A DNA stretch of 64,000 nucleotides from Kudoa neothunni (Eukaryota; Animalia; Cnidaria): contig OZ199838.1 of NCBI GenBank assembly GCA_964304625.1, forward strand, positions 14,501,707-14,565,706, in the 5' to 3' direction. The notes beneath the pieces are model-generated. The model was given only the letters and a program-made list of their open reading frames with translations, was not told the DNA's origin and made no database searches. A program made the translations under genes and the position numbers. Positions 40,069 through 53,885 of this stretch are shown here, piece after piece; the stretch's first letter is position 1, and every line of letters begins with the position of its first letter.

Positions 40069-40794
40069 GGGAAGTCCACGTTTCGGAAGAATGTTTCAAA
40101 GTCCCTTAAAAATAAAGATAAACAAAATTAACTCTACCTAATACTAGTGTCACAACTATTATTATTAGTGAAACCTATTTCGAACTGTTTTTCATGTCAT
40201 ATTAATTCCAAAATTGCCCCCTAAGTTAATTCTAATATTTTATTTTTGCGTTATGGAGCATTAAAGGTCTCGTAAAAACTGAGCATGATGTTTAAGATGT
40301 TACCTGACATTCTACTAGTTAGTCGAATAACAAAATTGAAATAATTTTTATATTCAACATTTAATTCAGTTAATTCAAGATAATATAATTTAATTAATTA
40401 AAAATGAACTTAGCATTGAATAAAGAATAGTTTTAGTCAGTCAGTCAGCTAGTTAATTTAATTTTGGCGTTCTTTTTTGTATGCATATTTCCGCAATTCA
40501 ACCATAATGTAATTTTTAATCTTTATTTGATGCGAAAAATTATTAGTTACTAGTTTTAGATCCTTTCCAATCCCAAATGCATTAAAAATGTGTTACATTA
40601 ATAATCATTGAAAAAATGATATTATTGATTTTTCACAAAAGAATAATTTGAAACTGTAATAAAATCTATTATGCTGAATGTTTACTTATTAAGGTTAAAA
40701 AATTTCCTCATTAAAATTATACATAAGCAGAGTATAAAAGTTTCCAGCCTAATAAATAATTTATGAAGCTATATTCTTACCTCAAAAAGAATAC

Positions 40795-41620
40795 AGTCGG
40801 TGACCACTAATTGGCAATCTCCTCGGGGCCGGGGAGAATTTTACTTTTTTTATTTAATTTGTATGACTTTCTAAAATAATCTGTCATTTTAGATTGTATT
40901 TGAGTTTTTCAGTATACTCCTACACATGACTTTACTTTAACCAATTCATCGCCTACAGAATAACCAGCACCTTTGAAAAATATTTTCAAATTTTCGAAAA
41001 ACATTAGAGCATCTTTAGAAAAGAATTTAATATCATTAATTTAAAAATATTGCATCATTTAGTTCAAACGGAAAAAATTAATTGTTATAATGGAAATAAT
41101 ATTATTAAGAATTTTTGAGTTTCATCGGATGTATGGAAAACAATTTGTTTGAAATAAAAATAACCACGTTTTGTAATCATTTATGGGGCGTTAATTGGTA
41201 GAACTGCACGGTCTCATCGACGCTATATATTTGATCCTCTTTGTAATTCTTTTCAATTTTAAGAAGTTGAGTGTTCGAATCTGTAATAATACTTATGGTT
41301 ACCGTGCTAGCCTAGCTTCGCCACGGAAACTGACTTTTTAGATTAACCTATTTTTAATGCCACGAAACCATCCATAATTAACATTTCTTAAATCTTCATC
41401 AGAAGCACCGATATCATTTCTTTTGCTAAATATATTATAGATTTTAATTCGATACAAATCGACCTCACCCAAACGAACTACTCATACACGCTGTCCAGCC
41501 TCTCCATCTTTTCCTTTTCGCATTGATCTTTGTTTAGCTAAAAACTAAAAACAATTGATTTTCAAATGCCTGTTTAATTTGAGCTCCTTTTTCTAAAATG
41601 CCATTTAAAATTTATATATA
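40795..41620 (-). pseudogene. Degenerate Tigger/pogo transposase relic
   Basis: Minus-strand fragments SMRKGKD, LDSVYE*F, YGWFRGIKNR, SFRGEARLA and DQIYSVDET..FYQL; TA|CAGTCG end at ~40795. Confidence 0.6.
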
Positions 41621-41774
41621 ACCTATTTTGAAGTGTCTAATAATTCCCGCCTTTCTATTTAAGGGCGGAAAACTATCATAATATTTAATTATATCATATT
41701 TCTCTTGAAACGTTATGAATATCTGAATTCCTTTTTCGAGCATTTAGAAATAATTACGAATTATCGGTTATTAT

Positions 41775-41850
41775 TAGGGTTGCACCGATACCACATTTTT
41801 CAAAACGAGTACGAGTACTCCAAATTTCAGTGTTTGCCGATACCATGTTC
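41775..41850 (+). mobile_element. hAT-type terminal fragment
   Basis: TAGGGTTGCACCGATACC start with repeated CCGATACC and CGAGTA subterminal motifs. Confidence 0.45.
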
Positions 41851-42186
41851 TACGAATGCACACATTTTAAATTTCAGTTGTTCTAGACGTTTGTTGTATT
41901 CTAAAGAGGTTACGCTAAAATTTTTAGTCATTCAAAAAAAAGTTTTATTTCTCTAAAATTTACTGATTTTATTTAATAAGGGAACCTAACTGATTGTTTT
42001 GTCGGTCTGTAAAATATTGATTTTTTCAAATAATGTTTTGATATCCACTACATGGATAACTAATTAATTTAATACAAAAAAAGATATTAGCGCGAGATTG
42101 ATATTTTTTATTCATAAACACATCAAACCATGAGTAATATATTTTATCTTATAATTAAATTGTTCGCTTGCCATATTTTTATGACA

Positions 42187-42510
42187 CTAGCGCGAACTGC
42201 CAGCGTTGCTTGGGGAAGATTTTGCGTGGAGACGTTTCTTTATAACATTCAAAAAACATTATGTTTCAAATTGATTTATAGAAGCAGTCAACCTAAATTA
42301 TTTTAAGCATCATACTTTGTCGAATTTGATTTCGAAATTTAAATCATGATCATTTCTGTGCAGGAGTGTATCAATCCTGGTTTTTAATTAACAATTTCTT
42401 GTCTAAGCACCAATGCTAAATAATTTAAGGTCCGTGTCATATTTTCGTTCCCGAATTATCTAAACTCTCTTAAAGTGCTATCTAATACGTTATTTTTTGG
42501 CCTGAGGGAT
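42187..42510 (-). mobile_element. 3' end of a non-autonomous Helitron (same family as 59027..60142)
   Basis: The reverse complement matches ~59815-60142 and ends in a GC-rich hairpin followed by CTAG|T. Confidence 0.75.
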
Positions 42511-45500
42511 TTTCAAAGTCGGATTCTGGATCGGCTCGAAAAGTGTGTGCATCACTAATTTTTAAGGGATAAAAAAATAGAAGTGAAAGAGATGAAGAAA
42601 CCACGAGAAAATTAATTTTTATTGCTCAAATTAATATCCTTTGACCCCGCAAAAACTTTAACGCGCTTATGTCAACAAACATTGAATTATTTTGGTTATT
42701 TCTTAGTTATTAACTCAAAAGTTATTTATTATTACTATTTAGATTTGTTACTATTAATATATAACAATTTTATAGAAACTAACTTTAAAAATAAACTTTT
42801 TGCAAATTTCACAAACACATCTCTATTTTTATTATAGTAAAAATACTTTGTGAATTTTTAAATATTGATATTAATTTAGTAAGATTTGTTTTAGTTTTTT
42901 ATTTGTTTTATTAAATTTTTTATTAGAAATTAAGAAATTACTCAGTTTTTTATTATTAAAACTAATAATTTTGTAGAAATAATTTTTTCGTTTATCGAAT
43001 ACTTTACTAAACACACGTAAAAATTTCTTCTAAAAAGTGATAACTTTCTATAACCCATCTTAAGTTATTTCCCTATTGAAATTAAATTCTGATCTAAAAT
43101 ATAATGTTGATTCATTATTGAAAAAACTCATCAGCCCCAAGAAAATTAAGAAAATATATTTTGAGAGCGCGTGGTTGTCTTCTCGTCTTTAAACTATTCA
43201 TGCTTAAACCCTATAAAAACCTGTATAATTGAATTTAATATTATAAAATTTATGTTTATATGGTAAAATATGTGAAATAAAACCAATTTAAGAATGATTA
43301 TCAAAACAAATTAGAGATCAATTCAATATTTGTTGAAAAAAGATGGAGCTTACACGTGTATCCGACCGCGTTCGGATGAAAAATTCTCAAAATTTTAACG
43401 GCATTATTTTGAGTTGAATTTTTGTTCTCCGTATTCTTTTATTCTATTATCAAGAATCGTGAAAAAAAAATGCGCAAGAGGATTTTTTTATGTGCCGCAT
43501 ATTTTATCATTACCCGATATTTTATTGACAGGCCTAATGAATATTGCAAACCTAATATGTTATTTATATTATTCAATGGTGAAATGCGTAAAGATTTATA
43601 TAAATGTAAGAATAATTTTAATGAGCCAATTTAAGGATATCTTGATACATTTTAATGTAATTTGACACACTACTCTTCATTATATACTGGTTTTAAATAC
43701 GAATTTTTATTGGTATAGGGGCAACCCTAGTTATTACACAATGTGAAAACTTTTTATTTCACAAAATAAAAAAATAACTGTTATATTTAATTAATAACTC
43801 ATAATAAATATTATTTGATAAATTTAACCGGATGGATAAAGTTTTAAGGTAAGTTACGAATTATCGGCCCTACGAATTAACGGTCATCTATTGTAGAAAA
43901 ATTAATTTCAAAATTATAAAAAGGATGACATGACACGAGCGTGAAAAGACCTATTGAATTCTATTAGAACCTTCCATAATTTTAAATTAAAGTGTCCAAC
44001 CCCTTAAAATTCATAATATTTTCGAATATATTGGTGGGTAAACTTTAAATGTATTATTTTAACCTAAAAATAACGGAAAAAAGCACGTTTAATATTTTCG
44101 AAAAACTGTTATTTACATTTTCTTGCATATTCTATCAAGTTGTGAACCAAAATGTGTATTCTGCATAGAAAATTACATTTCTTATCATTAAAAGGCGTTG
44201 ATGTATAGATTGACTGTTATTTAAATATATAACCGATAATATAAATCTTTAAAGAAAATGTTGTATTATACACCGATTTAAATAAGAATAATTTTATTTT
44301 TGACGTATAATATAGTTCAAAATAAAACATTATTTTCAATTACTTTAATAGATTATAGTCTATATTTTCTAATTTTTAATTTTTAAAATTATTAATAAAA
44401 AATTAATTATAATTTAGGTCTAAAAAAGTTAGCTCGGCGCCAATTCTTAATAATCAAGTATTTATGAAATAGATTTTAATTTACCTTCATAGCTCAAAAA
44501 ATTAGCTAATTCTTCAAACACATGATTTTATTAATTTTATATACAAAGTTAACTATCAAATATTACTGAATGACATACGGTTATCCGAAATTATTTAAGT
44601 AGTTGGGATAATGCGCAGTCATCAACGATGGATTCGTTGTTGTTAGAAAAGTTTATGGAAGACGATTCTCTATCGGAATCCGTATCTAAGTTCACCAAAG
44701 ATGCAGCAATCAAAATAGGTCATTTTTTAAGAGTGGTAGCTGACAACACCCTAAATAATCAATTTAGCTGTTGGAGGTACCGTTGGCTTGTTGACGGCGG
44801 CTCTTTTTTCAAAAAGTAGTTTCGTTTCAAATTAACTCTTAACTTATTCATATAGGAAGATGGAAAGGTATCTCAATATTGGGAAGTGGAATCGGATTTG
44901 GGATGAGTTTGAAAAATTTTGATACAAGATTACGTGAACTCTTTGAAGCTGAGAATTGACTAATGTTTCCAACTCTACACTTTATTATCTTTGCATTATA
45001 TTAAAATTTTTGATACTTTCACAGAAACTATTCCTTTTTCTTTATAAAATTTTTCTAAATATATATTATTCCAAATATCGTCTTTTATTTGCGCATAAAT
45101 TGATTAAACCTTGTCTATCTTTTGAAATAAAGCGTGTAACTATAAGATATACCTCCTGAAGCATTCTTATAATGAATTTTATTGATTTACCTAAGCGATA
45201 AGTTTGTTCTAATGGATTATTGTGACCAAATTTTGGGCTTGTTTAAACCCTTGGACTTACCTGATATTTTTAGTTTATTCGGGTTAGTTGACATATATTA
45301 AGTGTAAAAAGTTATTCTTGCCCTTGAAGAATTATTTCTTAGAAAATCTATCTGAAACCTTAGGTTTAACTGCTCTTTAGTTCAAATGATAAAATCCTTG
45401 CCGTCATATATTTGACTATGGGATTCTGGCTCGTGAGCATCACAGGCGCCATGGCGAATAACATGTAATTCCTTCCTCAGATTTCTGCGATAGTGTCGAA

Positions 45501-45739
45501 ATTAGAATCGATAAAAGTTTTAGTCGTGGGGTAACTACTCCTCCCAAGTCAGGTTTGTCGGATGATTTTTAAAAGGTATTAAATATCAGCGAAAAAAAGT
45601 CAAAAATAAAATTTTACAATATTAAAAATAATTGAAATGGATAAATTTTTAAGAGGATTGATTTTAAAAAATGCTAATTTATTATCAATATCCTCCTATC
45701 TATCTATATAGATTTATATTTATCATCATTTGAATCAAT

Positions 45740-46700
45740 TAGCCAGATGGATTCTATGTCATGCGACTGGTTTCTTCCAGTAATCACACAAAATATTAGA
45801 TTATTTAGTTTCAGCTTCAAATAAAAAATTTTCTCCAAATTTAGTGTTATTTACTGATAAAAATAATCTTTCCACAGATACAGACGACTAGATGTAGGAC
45901 AAGTAGTCAGCATCACTTTGACAGTAAGCGGATAATTAAATATTTCTATTTTTTTCATTCAAGATAATAATCCAAATTTTTTAGATCAGTTTCAACAAAA
46001 TAATTATTATCTCGCAGGTTACATCCTATCCATTCAATATCCATATTTAAATACCCATCTTTATCAATAATACATGGAAACCTCTTGGAGAGGAGTATGA
46101 TCTAAGGGGGTTTCCTTCATGAACATTTTTGGAATTGAATGCTTCAAACAATCCTAAAATTATAAACGTATTGTTGTTAAAAAAACCCTTAAATATTTCT
46201 TTCCTAGATTTTACACAGAAATCCATAGTTCGATATGAAACTTAAAAATATCTTTGATACTTAATTTAGTAGAATTTTCATTATAAATAGATTCCATGTT
46301 TGGTCTACAATAAAACTCATCCAGAGAGAGCTAATTTGGTGGTCCGTTAATATATATATTCTAGTTGTTATTTTTATTATCCCCAATCTCAATAAGTAAT
46401 TATCAGGTTGACAATATCTTCATATTAATTTCTTGGCTCATGAACTCTATAACCCTCAGTTAGAATTTCGACATTGAACTTGATTTACTATTAGTGTGTT
46501 AAATTTTAAAAAATAGTAGCGAATGTTATTTGCAGGTTATATATTGACAAAAATATTCTAGATGAAGATTCAATATTTTTTCCGAGTTTTCAACATCGAA
46601 AAGCGTCCTAAGAATCGCACTTGTCCCAATATTCTCTTATCTAATCGCAAAAGGGCCAGCATTCTTGCGCATCTGAGATTTATTACTTTCTGAGGTTTGA
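45740..46700 (+). pseudogene. Possible discoidin (F5/8 type C)-domain gene remnant
   Basis: Exon-like pieces with GT-AG borders: SCDWFLP | YRRLDVGQVVSITLT | ...QVTSYPF...NNTWKP, and later VLRIALVP...FLRI. These resemble the FA58C pattern W.P...DLG...VTSY...W...LR.E but are interrupted by stops. Confidence 0.3.
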
Positions 46701-46879
46701 TACCGAATAACTTTTATAATTAATTATATTTGGTTTGATAGTTTGGGCCACTTGAGAGTTTGAGTAGATATATTGCGCTATGTCCTATAACTCAATGGGA
46801 AGTTGCGGACGCGAATTAAATTTTCATAAATATTCAAATTTTCTCACGCAGTCTTGAACTTAAAGTAATGGAAATATTT

Positions 46880-47450
46880 GTTTAATAAATTCATAACGTC
46901 ACCTTTCAGCAATCTATACGCTTGCATTATTTTTGAAACCTTGATTATGGTTTTAAGGGGAATTATGTGTTTTTCAAATAAACAAAAAATTAAAAAATTC
47001 CGTTGACATTACCAATTTTTACCTCTAACAGGACCAGAAATCTGTCAATAACTCTAGTTGTTAGCTTTATAATATTTAACTAATATTTCAAGCTGTATGA
47101 ATGTTGATATACTGATGGTTTCGTCAATAATCACTGAGAACGTTCGCTCATGTAGTGTTGAAAAGAGTTCACTTAGATTTTAAAATTCTATAATGCAATA
47201 CAAAAAATTTTTTGAGTGAATTTAATTTCCTTTTGGGTGATAGATTTTTCAAAAACATTGGTAATTAATCCGGGTTGACGTTCTATAATTGAAATGGTAA
47301 ACTCTGCTCAACAACAACTGCTCATTTACTTAAATCAGCAATGGACACTTTTTTAAGTTAAAATAGCAGCATCTGAAAAATTATTTATCCTTAAATTTTA
47401 GATTTAAACCTTATCTTATGGCAATTAATTACATTATATTGTGTCTTTCG
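46880..47450 (-). pseudogene. hAT transposase fragment
   Basis: TFSVIIDETISISTFIQLEILVKYY...DRFLVLLEV resembles the hAT motif FSIxxDESTD...QL. Confidence 0.6.
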
Positions 47451-48803
47451 GCCTGTGAAACACTCAAGACAATTTTACATTGCATAATTTTTAACTCCAA
47501 CGACCCCCAAAAATATACGAATTATATTCATGAAGTATCAAAATTGCAAACTATATACATATATGTAAAGTTAAAACGTATCAATATTGGCAAGAGTAAA
47601 TCAACATGAAATCGTATTTGTTTGATTCACATTTTTTGAGTCGACTGTATATATGCTAAATAAAATGTACTATGATCTTTACAAAAATAATTAAAATCAT
47701 CACTTTCAGGAGATAATTTCTCATATTTTTTATGAAAACAACTGTACAGTAAAAAATCTCATAAGACGCTTCTCACAATAAATTTTGACGCTTTACATAC
47801 ACCTATTCGTTTATTCGATCATTCTATTATTTTCCTGTGTTATTTCATAAAGTACTTAAATATTATTATTTCGCCAAAATTTGGCGGGATTTTTTTCTCG
47901 CTTTAATTAAACTCAAATAATATGTAGGTAATTGTATAAAATTTGTTGGAGATTAAATAATAAATTGTTAATAATTCCAGAATAAATGATTAAATCCTGC
48001 ATTTTTTAATTTTTTTATCAACAAAATATTCATCGGAATTTTTCATGAAAGGATGCAACCTTTTCTTACAGCAAATTTAATGCTTTGAATCTCAATTTTT
48101 AAATATAATTTTCGATTTATCTAAAAATAATATACAGTCAAATCTCGATTATCCTGAACCTTAATAACCGGAAACCGGAGCACCTATTTAATCATAATTC
48201 AGGATAAAAATATTACCCATTACCGTACAAAATGTACAATCTAGCACAATGGGGCACATACTTTTGGATCCTGGGGCCGAACTTTAATCTTCAACAAGTT
48301 CAAACTAAAGTTATAACTCAAACTTTGGATAAATTTACCAAATGTTTTAAATTGAATAAAAAAATATTTGTCTTCCAAGGTGTCATAAAATCTTCTATTA
48401 TAATCATCAACTTTTTTTCGGATTTCAGTTATTTCGGTTTGTAAATAAAATAAAAATAAGCTGGATTAAATATGAGATATATCTTAGGTGAGCAAAATGG
48501 TTGTATGCCCATATGTGAAATGCAGTTTAAATTGCCCATTGATATGTACTCATTATCAGCTCTAACGGATGTTTATCCTTTGTGTCTAAATTTATTTTAC
48601 GCATTGTTTATTTTTCTTGCAGAATCTTTTCGAAAATTTTGATTTTTTGTCACCATATAAATACCTTATTATTTTGCATCGCATATAAAACGTATTTTAA
48701 TTATCGATCTTATTTTCACTTAACTTAAACTTCGGATCAACATTGTCAAGCGAATTTTTAAATCATAAATCCGCCCAGTGCCGGCACGATTTTCTCCTCC
48801 ATA

Positions 48804-48840
48804 TGTACATAAATACATACATACATACATACGTACGTAA
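48804..48840. repeat. (TACA)n microsatellite
   Basis: TACATAAATACATACATACATACATACGTACG. Confidence 0.7.
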
Positions 48841-49129
48841 GAAGAAATAATTAACATTGGTACATGAACTTTGATTATAAAAGCGGTTTTTCTATATCAC
48901 ACCGTGAAGTGGCTGATAGAAATGAATCTGTATGCCTATTTAGAGGGTTTTTGATGTTTCGTTCTTAATGGTTCGACTATAATTAAAAAAGCCAATTAAT
49001 TTTGTTAATAGCTCCATTAGATGTTTTCGATATATCCAATAACAAGACAAACCAATTGAAATTCAATAATCGAATGCTTTTTCATTTTATTTGAAAGTAT
49101 ACCATTAATCTGAATTTAATTAGGGTTTA

Positions 49130-49186
49130 TCGCGGGTCACAAAAAAGCTCATTGAGGGCCGGAGTTTGTGAGTTTGTGCACCCCTG
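49130..49186. mobile_element. hAT (Charlie-like) MITE terminus
   Basis: GGGCCGGAGTTTG...GCACCCCTG end. Related CAG(G/C)GG.TCT(C/T)AACC-like ends occur at ~57997 and ~58870. Confidence 0.4.
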
Positions 49187-49814
49187 ACCTAGCATATATA
49201 CCAATGCAATATTTAAAACAAAAATATTTCTAGGTTAACTATTTATAAATTTTTTTAAACTTAGTTAAGCATTCAGTTCTTACACAAATTTATACTATAT
49301 CTGAACATACGCCTTTACGTGTAGTAATCAAACGTTAATTACCGATTATTTAAAAAGGATGATTACCCCTGTGTGGATGAGTTTTTCTCCCATAATTATG
49401 CACCGTTTTTTCTTTTAAGTCTCCAGATGCTTAGTTAATAGGTACGACAACATGTTTAATTTATGTTACAATATTTTACTTAATAAATAGTAAAAATTGT
49501 TTATAAATCAAGTAAACAATCTCTTAAGTGAAAATTTCAAAAAATTCCCGCGCACATAACATTGTTTATGTTCGATTAATCGGAACCTCGCTATCCGGAA
49601 AGAAAACGATAAAAATAATTTGAATAAAAATGCAAACATTAATAACCACACAAATACAACGTAGCTTTTATTAAAATATTCTAAAAAACATATCATCACT
49701 TATAATTTGAAGATTTTTTGATTGGTAAACGATTCCCAAATAAACACTTTGAAGTACAAGACGCACTATAAATGTCAACAACCAACTAAGAATACGCGAA
49801 ACTATTGATATTAC

Positions 49815-50475
49815 TTAGATGTTAAGTTTGGAAACAAACAAAACAATAAGTGAGGATAGACTCATCGAAAGTGAGTAACTGGTAATGGCACCGAATTTTC
49901 CAAGCACAACATAGCCAAGGAAAAGATGCAGGGCCAGAAATAGAGGAACATTATTGAGCACAGCAAGATACGTGGATTCTTGTTCAGAAATGTGTGCAAT
50001 CAAGTCGCTAAAAACCAAATCAACTTAATTAAATGAAGTTGGAGGGTCATACACAATCTTGTTCTTGTTGGACATTTTTTTGTTTTCTTTTGGTGCATAA
50101 TTTTGTCTGTAGAATGCCGAGCTAAAATTGAATAAAATTTAATTAGCACATCATTACTATACCAAAAAAACAATATACCGTTGTTTGTAAATAGACTTAA
50201 TGCTCATATGGCCGGCAAAGAGAAGCGCGGACACTAAAAGTTGAACCAGAGAAATAACTATTAGATTTTCTTTGACCGAAACATTGCTTACAGCTATCAA
50301 CGGCCCTACATTGTCAATTAATATCCAACAAACAGACAATCACATCAACAATAGCGGATCAAATACACAATGTCACCGTGGAACAACCTATAGAATAGAC
50401 CGCCAAAAGAACGTATGATGAGAAAGATGTTGACGTGTAATCGACATCAAGGATGCTATCGTTGTGAGAATCCAT
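49815..50475 (-). CDS. SSR3: Translocon-associated protein subunit gamma (TRAP-gamma)
   Basis: Spliced model MDSHNDSILDVDYTSTSFSSYVLL...TLWPLI...KSIYKQR...KKMS...AHISEQESTYLAVLNNVPLFLALHLFLGYVVLGKFGAITSYSLSMSLSSLIVLFVS aligns with the SSR3 C-terminus ([20 protein letters not shown]...NYILSISASSGLIALLS). Four TM segments. Confidence 0.75.
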
Positions 50476-52037
50476 TGTAGAATAAATTGCAGCGTCACTT
50501 CGGATTAATTCGGTTATCGAATAGGATGGTTAAAACATAAATAACTGTTGTTTCCGAGTTAATAAGTCATAAAATTCAGCATTTTTACGTACAAAATTTA
50601 TCCCATAATATACTTAAGAATTTTAACAAAATAATAAGATTTTGCTATTATATCTAAATGGAATGTTGACTTTTGGCATTTGCAATGTTTTATAATATTA
50701 ATTAAAAGCTCATTACTAGTTTAAATTAATAATTGGAGCTTTGAGTCATTCCCCAACAACAAATGTAGCTCATCTTGTGCGTGCGCGTGTGCATATGTTC
50801 TGAGACGCTCTCATACTGGTCCGGATTATGGTTGAGAGGCTGTCCAATTCGGAAGTAAACTTGTGTTGAAATTTCTGAAAAAATTTATACGTTATTTAAG
50901 TTTATGAAAAAACTATGTGATTTTGTTGAAAAATCAAAAACCCGAGGTTCTGTTTATATTACTATCAAACAGAGTATCATTCTTCTATTTTTTTGAGATC
51001 TTAATAACCACTTTTACTGCCAATAGCTAAAGTAAAGCTGCCAAATAGCTCAACGGAAAAATCAAAAAGGAAAGATCGATACGAAAATCTGTGCCTTGTT
51101 AGAGCAAAATGGTGTAATTCAAGGATTTCTACTTTGGTGAGTGGTTATTGGTTGTCAAAAAAGTTTATTGAGTTAATTCATTCATTTGATAGGTTAAAGC
51201 AACTGAGATCAACACATTTAATAATGTATGTTTAGTTGGATTGTATTTGAGGTTGGATTTAAATTTTAGGCATTTCACGACCTATTCAAAAGTGTTCGAA
51301 ACCATTTCAAATCGTCTTAAATTGGCTGTTTGATTTGGAGTTTTTATTAGAAACAATTTGTGTAGATTTTCATTTGGTTTTCAAGGTTTTTTCATGCAAT
51401 AGAATTTTTATCTGAACAGCTAATTGTGTTGTGAACATTTGTTGCTGTTGTTGTTGTTATAATTGGAAATGGTTATGGTGTTATTTTTATCACATGCACT
51501 GGGCAATCATCTAGCTCGCTCAAATATCACATAGTTAATTCTGCGTGCGGATAAACTCCCATAAGGTTGTCAATACATTAATTCCACCTCTTCAAATCCG
51601 TTCATTTATTTAAGTTTTATTATTGAAATCAAAGTTAAACTATTTATTGTGTTTAATTGGAGTAATTTCCAAAATAAACATAATACTTTTCAAATAATTT
51701 TAAAGAATTCAGCGTTCATTTATTGAAGGTGTTTAATTCATATGCTTATTCACGTGGGCGTAATTTTGAATATTTTTATAATCTATGTTACGTGTATTTC
51801 GATAAAGAATAATCTATTATATCAAGCTGTTAAAAGCTAAAATGTGTATTCGAATCGTAAATTAAATGGGAATTATGACGATTAAAAGAAGTAGCGCATG
51901 TGAGGTTCATATAGATGCTTTGTAACTAGGGTCGTTGTTTTCGACGATTATTTTGGTTTTCTTAGCAGCGTATGTGCACGCATATATGGCGCCTTAAATT
52001 TCAAAATATTTGGAAAAAAATCCCACAACAAATTTTC

Positions 52038-53064
52038 GACTAAATTACAGTATACGTGTCTGGCCTCGGGCGACAAAATTCACGCTCGTTAAAAATCGTA
52101 AGAAATATTTAAACAGTATGTGAGTTCATTACATATTTACAAAAGGTGCTAATTTGTTGTCCGGAGTATTTTCTTCGATACAAGAAATCGGCCACGTATT
52201 CAGCAAGACTGTCTGGATTTTTATTGGTCGTGTTTCTATATTTACACTTGAAAGCACCCCATGTCGCCTCTATTTTATTCTTATGGACGCCTTCATCAGA
52301 AACAAATCGGCGCTTATGAATAACGATTCCATGGGTAAATCCCAATGTTTCCAAGCGGTTGTATCCACCCCAACCATCCGTCCAAATAATGGAACCTTCC
52401 TCTACATTCTCGCACATGATTTCTTTCTTGAGGAAACAATTACCATCTTCGACTATTCCTCCAATCATCCAGTACTGTTGATTTCGAAGGATGCGCCCCA
52501 CACCATATTTTCTCTTTGTTATGGCTGTGTCATCGATTTGAACCACAATGTCTTTCCCAACAATTTTTGAAAACTCTTGATCCAATATTGAAGCCATTTG
52601 ATCTTTTACTATTGTTTTCCAATCACAGATTGTAGAATAAGACGAAATATTCAAATGATTGCATAATGTTTCATACGTCATATCGAGATGCGGTATTATG
52701 CAAACAATCAGAAGAAAAGATTTCTATACTGGAATCTTCGACTGTTCAAAAATAGACCCTATTCTGATGGAACGTCGCTTTGAACACTTTTCGCATTTAT
52801 ATTAGCATCCATCGCCAATATCTTTTCTTAAAATTATGTACATACTTCCACCACAAGAACAAGCGCGAATACTATTTAATAAACCAATATTCTGTAAACA
52901 TTTAATAGTATAAGATAAATCCTCTCGAAAATATCCATAATCTAATATTTTTATTTGATCAATATTTTCTAAAGTGAATATTGTTTTAAAAGCAGACATT
53001 GGCGGCGAAAACCGAATATTCAACGAAGTTAGCCGAGGCCAGACACGTATACTGTAATTTAGCC
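52038..53064 (-). mobile_element. Merlin (IS1595/ISXO2-like) DNA transposon with disrupted transposase
   Basis: ~32-bp TIR G(A/G)CTAAATTACAGTATACGTGTCTGGCCTCGG; perfect 8-bp TSD AAATTTTC (52030-52037, 53065-53072). Transposase motifs VVQIDDTAITKRKYGVGR, IWTDGWGGY, HKNKIEATW and an N-terminal Cys motif; stop at 52802 plus a frameshift. Confidence 0.93.
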
Positions 53065-53112
53065 AAATTTTCTTATCAAATTTTGTTGGTGGATTTTTTT
53101 GTTTACATGGTC

Positions 53113-53835
53113 AACCCCTGGCTCAACTCGCTAGGTTGTGAAGTTCGGGCCGATTAGGCCTTCTCCATTTACGCTATGGGCGCCGCAGCGTCGTATAAAG
53201 ACGACTTACGTTTATGCGGGAGTGTTGGATTTTAACCCACTAAACATTCTCATTTCGGAGCAACCACCACCCCAATCATACCCTCGACTAACCCAGAATT
53301 AGTCTGGGAAAGTCGTCTGAATGATGGCGCTGGCTCTACGGAAACCCCCTGCTGGGTTTCGTCTCGTTCCTGTACCTCGGCGTTTATGAGACCCGAGTTC
53401 CACCCTTCCGCCAGTCTCCCCTCCCAGTTGCATACAAGGCCACGATAAATCGTAGATCCTTGCTATTGCCACAGCCTTCCTACTTAATTTCGGGATTTTT
53501 ATTTTTTTAAATTTGTTATATTATTCGTTCTCACTTTATTCCGAGATGTAATAACATTCTTAGATGAACTTTGTGTTCTACTTGGGCATGTTTATGAATT
53601 CTCTTATCAATAATTAATGAACATTTTTCTCAAAAATAAATGTATTATTTCACTTGATGATCCTGCTTTTACAATCCGTATGCATCCATGACCAGCGTTC
53701 AACATGCGTGAAAAGAGACACAGCTTCTTGCTTATTTGCAAGTCTAATTAAGAGTACAGGAACGCCCGGACTAGGCTTCGAACTTGCAACCTCACGGTAT
53801 AAGATCCCGACCTAACACCACTAAGCCATATTGTC
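53113..53835 (-). mobile_element. tRNA-derived SINE-like repeat, copy 2, with a ~265-bp insertion (~53494-53757)
   Basis: Head GACAATATGGCTTAGTGGTGTTAGG...GGTTGCAAGTTCGAAGCC carries Pol III A and B boxes. Body homologous to 16071..16548. Confidence 0.72.
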
Positions 53836-53885
53836 CATGCTTTATAAAACAACGACAGCGGATCGACATTGGTAATGGAGGGATA

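Noticed and set aside
41705-45159. Short I/L/F/K/N/Y-rich ORFs (41705, 42622, 43414, 43422, 44956; similarly 16717, 47418, 48232, 60082, 60302)
   Set aside because: Composition expected by chance in very AT-rich DNA; no motifs or splice structure.
52154-52570. 138-aa plus-strand ORF (likewise 56376..56630, 32146..32355, 39076..39261, 39352..39582)
   Set aside because: Antisense to the Merlin transposase, HP1 or integrin exons.
53310-53370. Hammerhead ribozyme-like CTGAATGA...GAAAC...GTT in the SINE
   Set aside because: The core is not CUGANGA, stem I cannot form, and copy 1 lacks the GA.
53760-53835. Functional tRNA gene
   Set aside because: A and B boxes are present, but the acceptor and anticodon stems are poor and the sequence is attached to a dispersed repeat body; treated as a SINE head.
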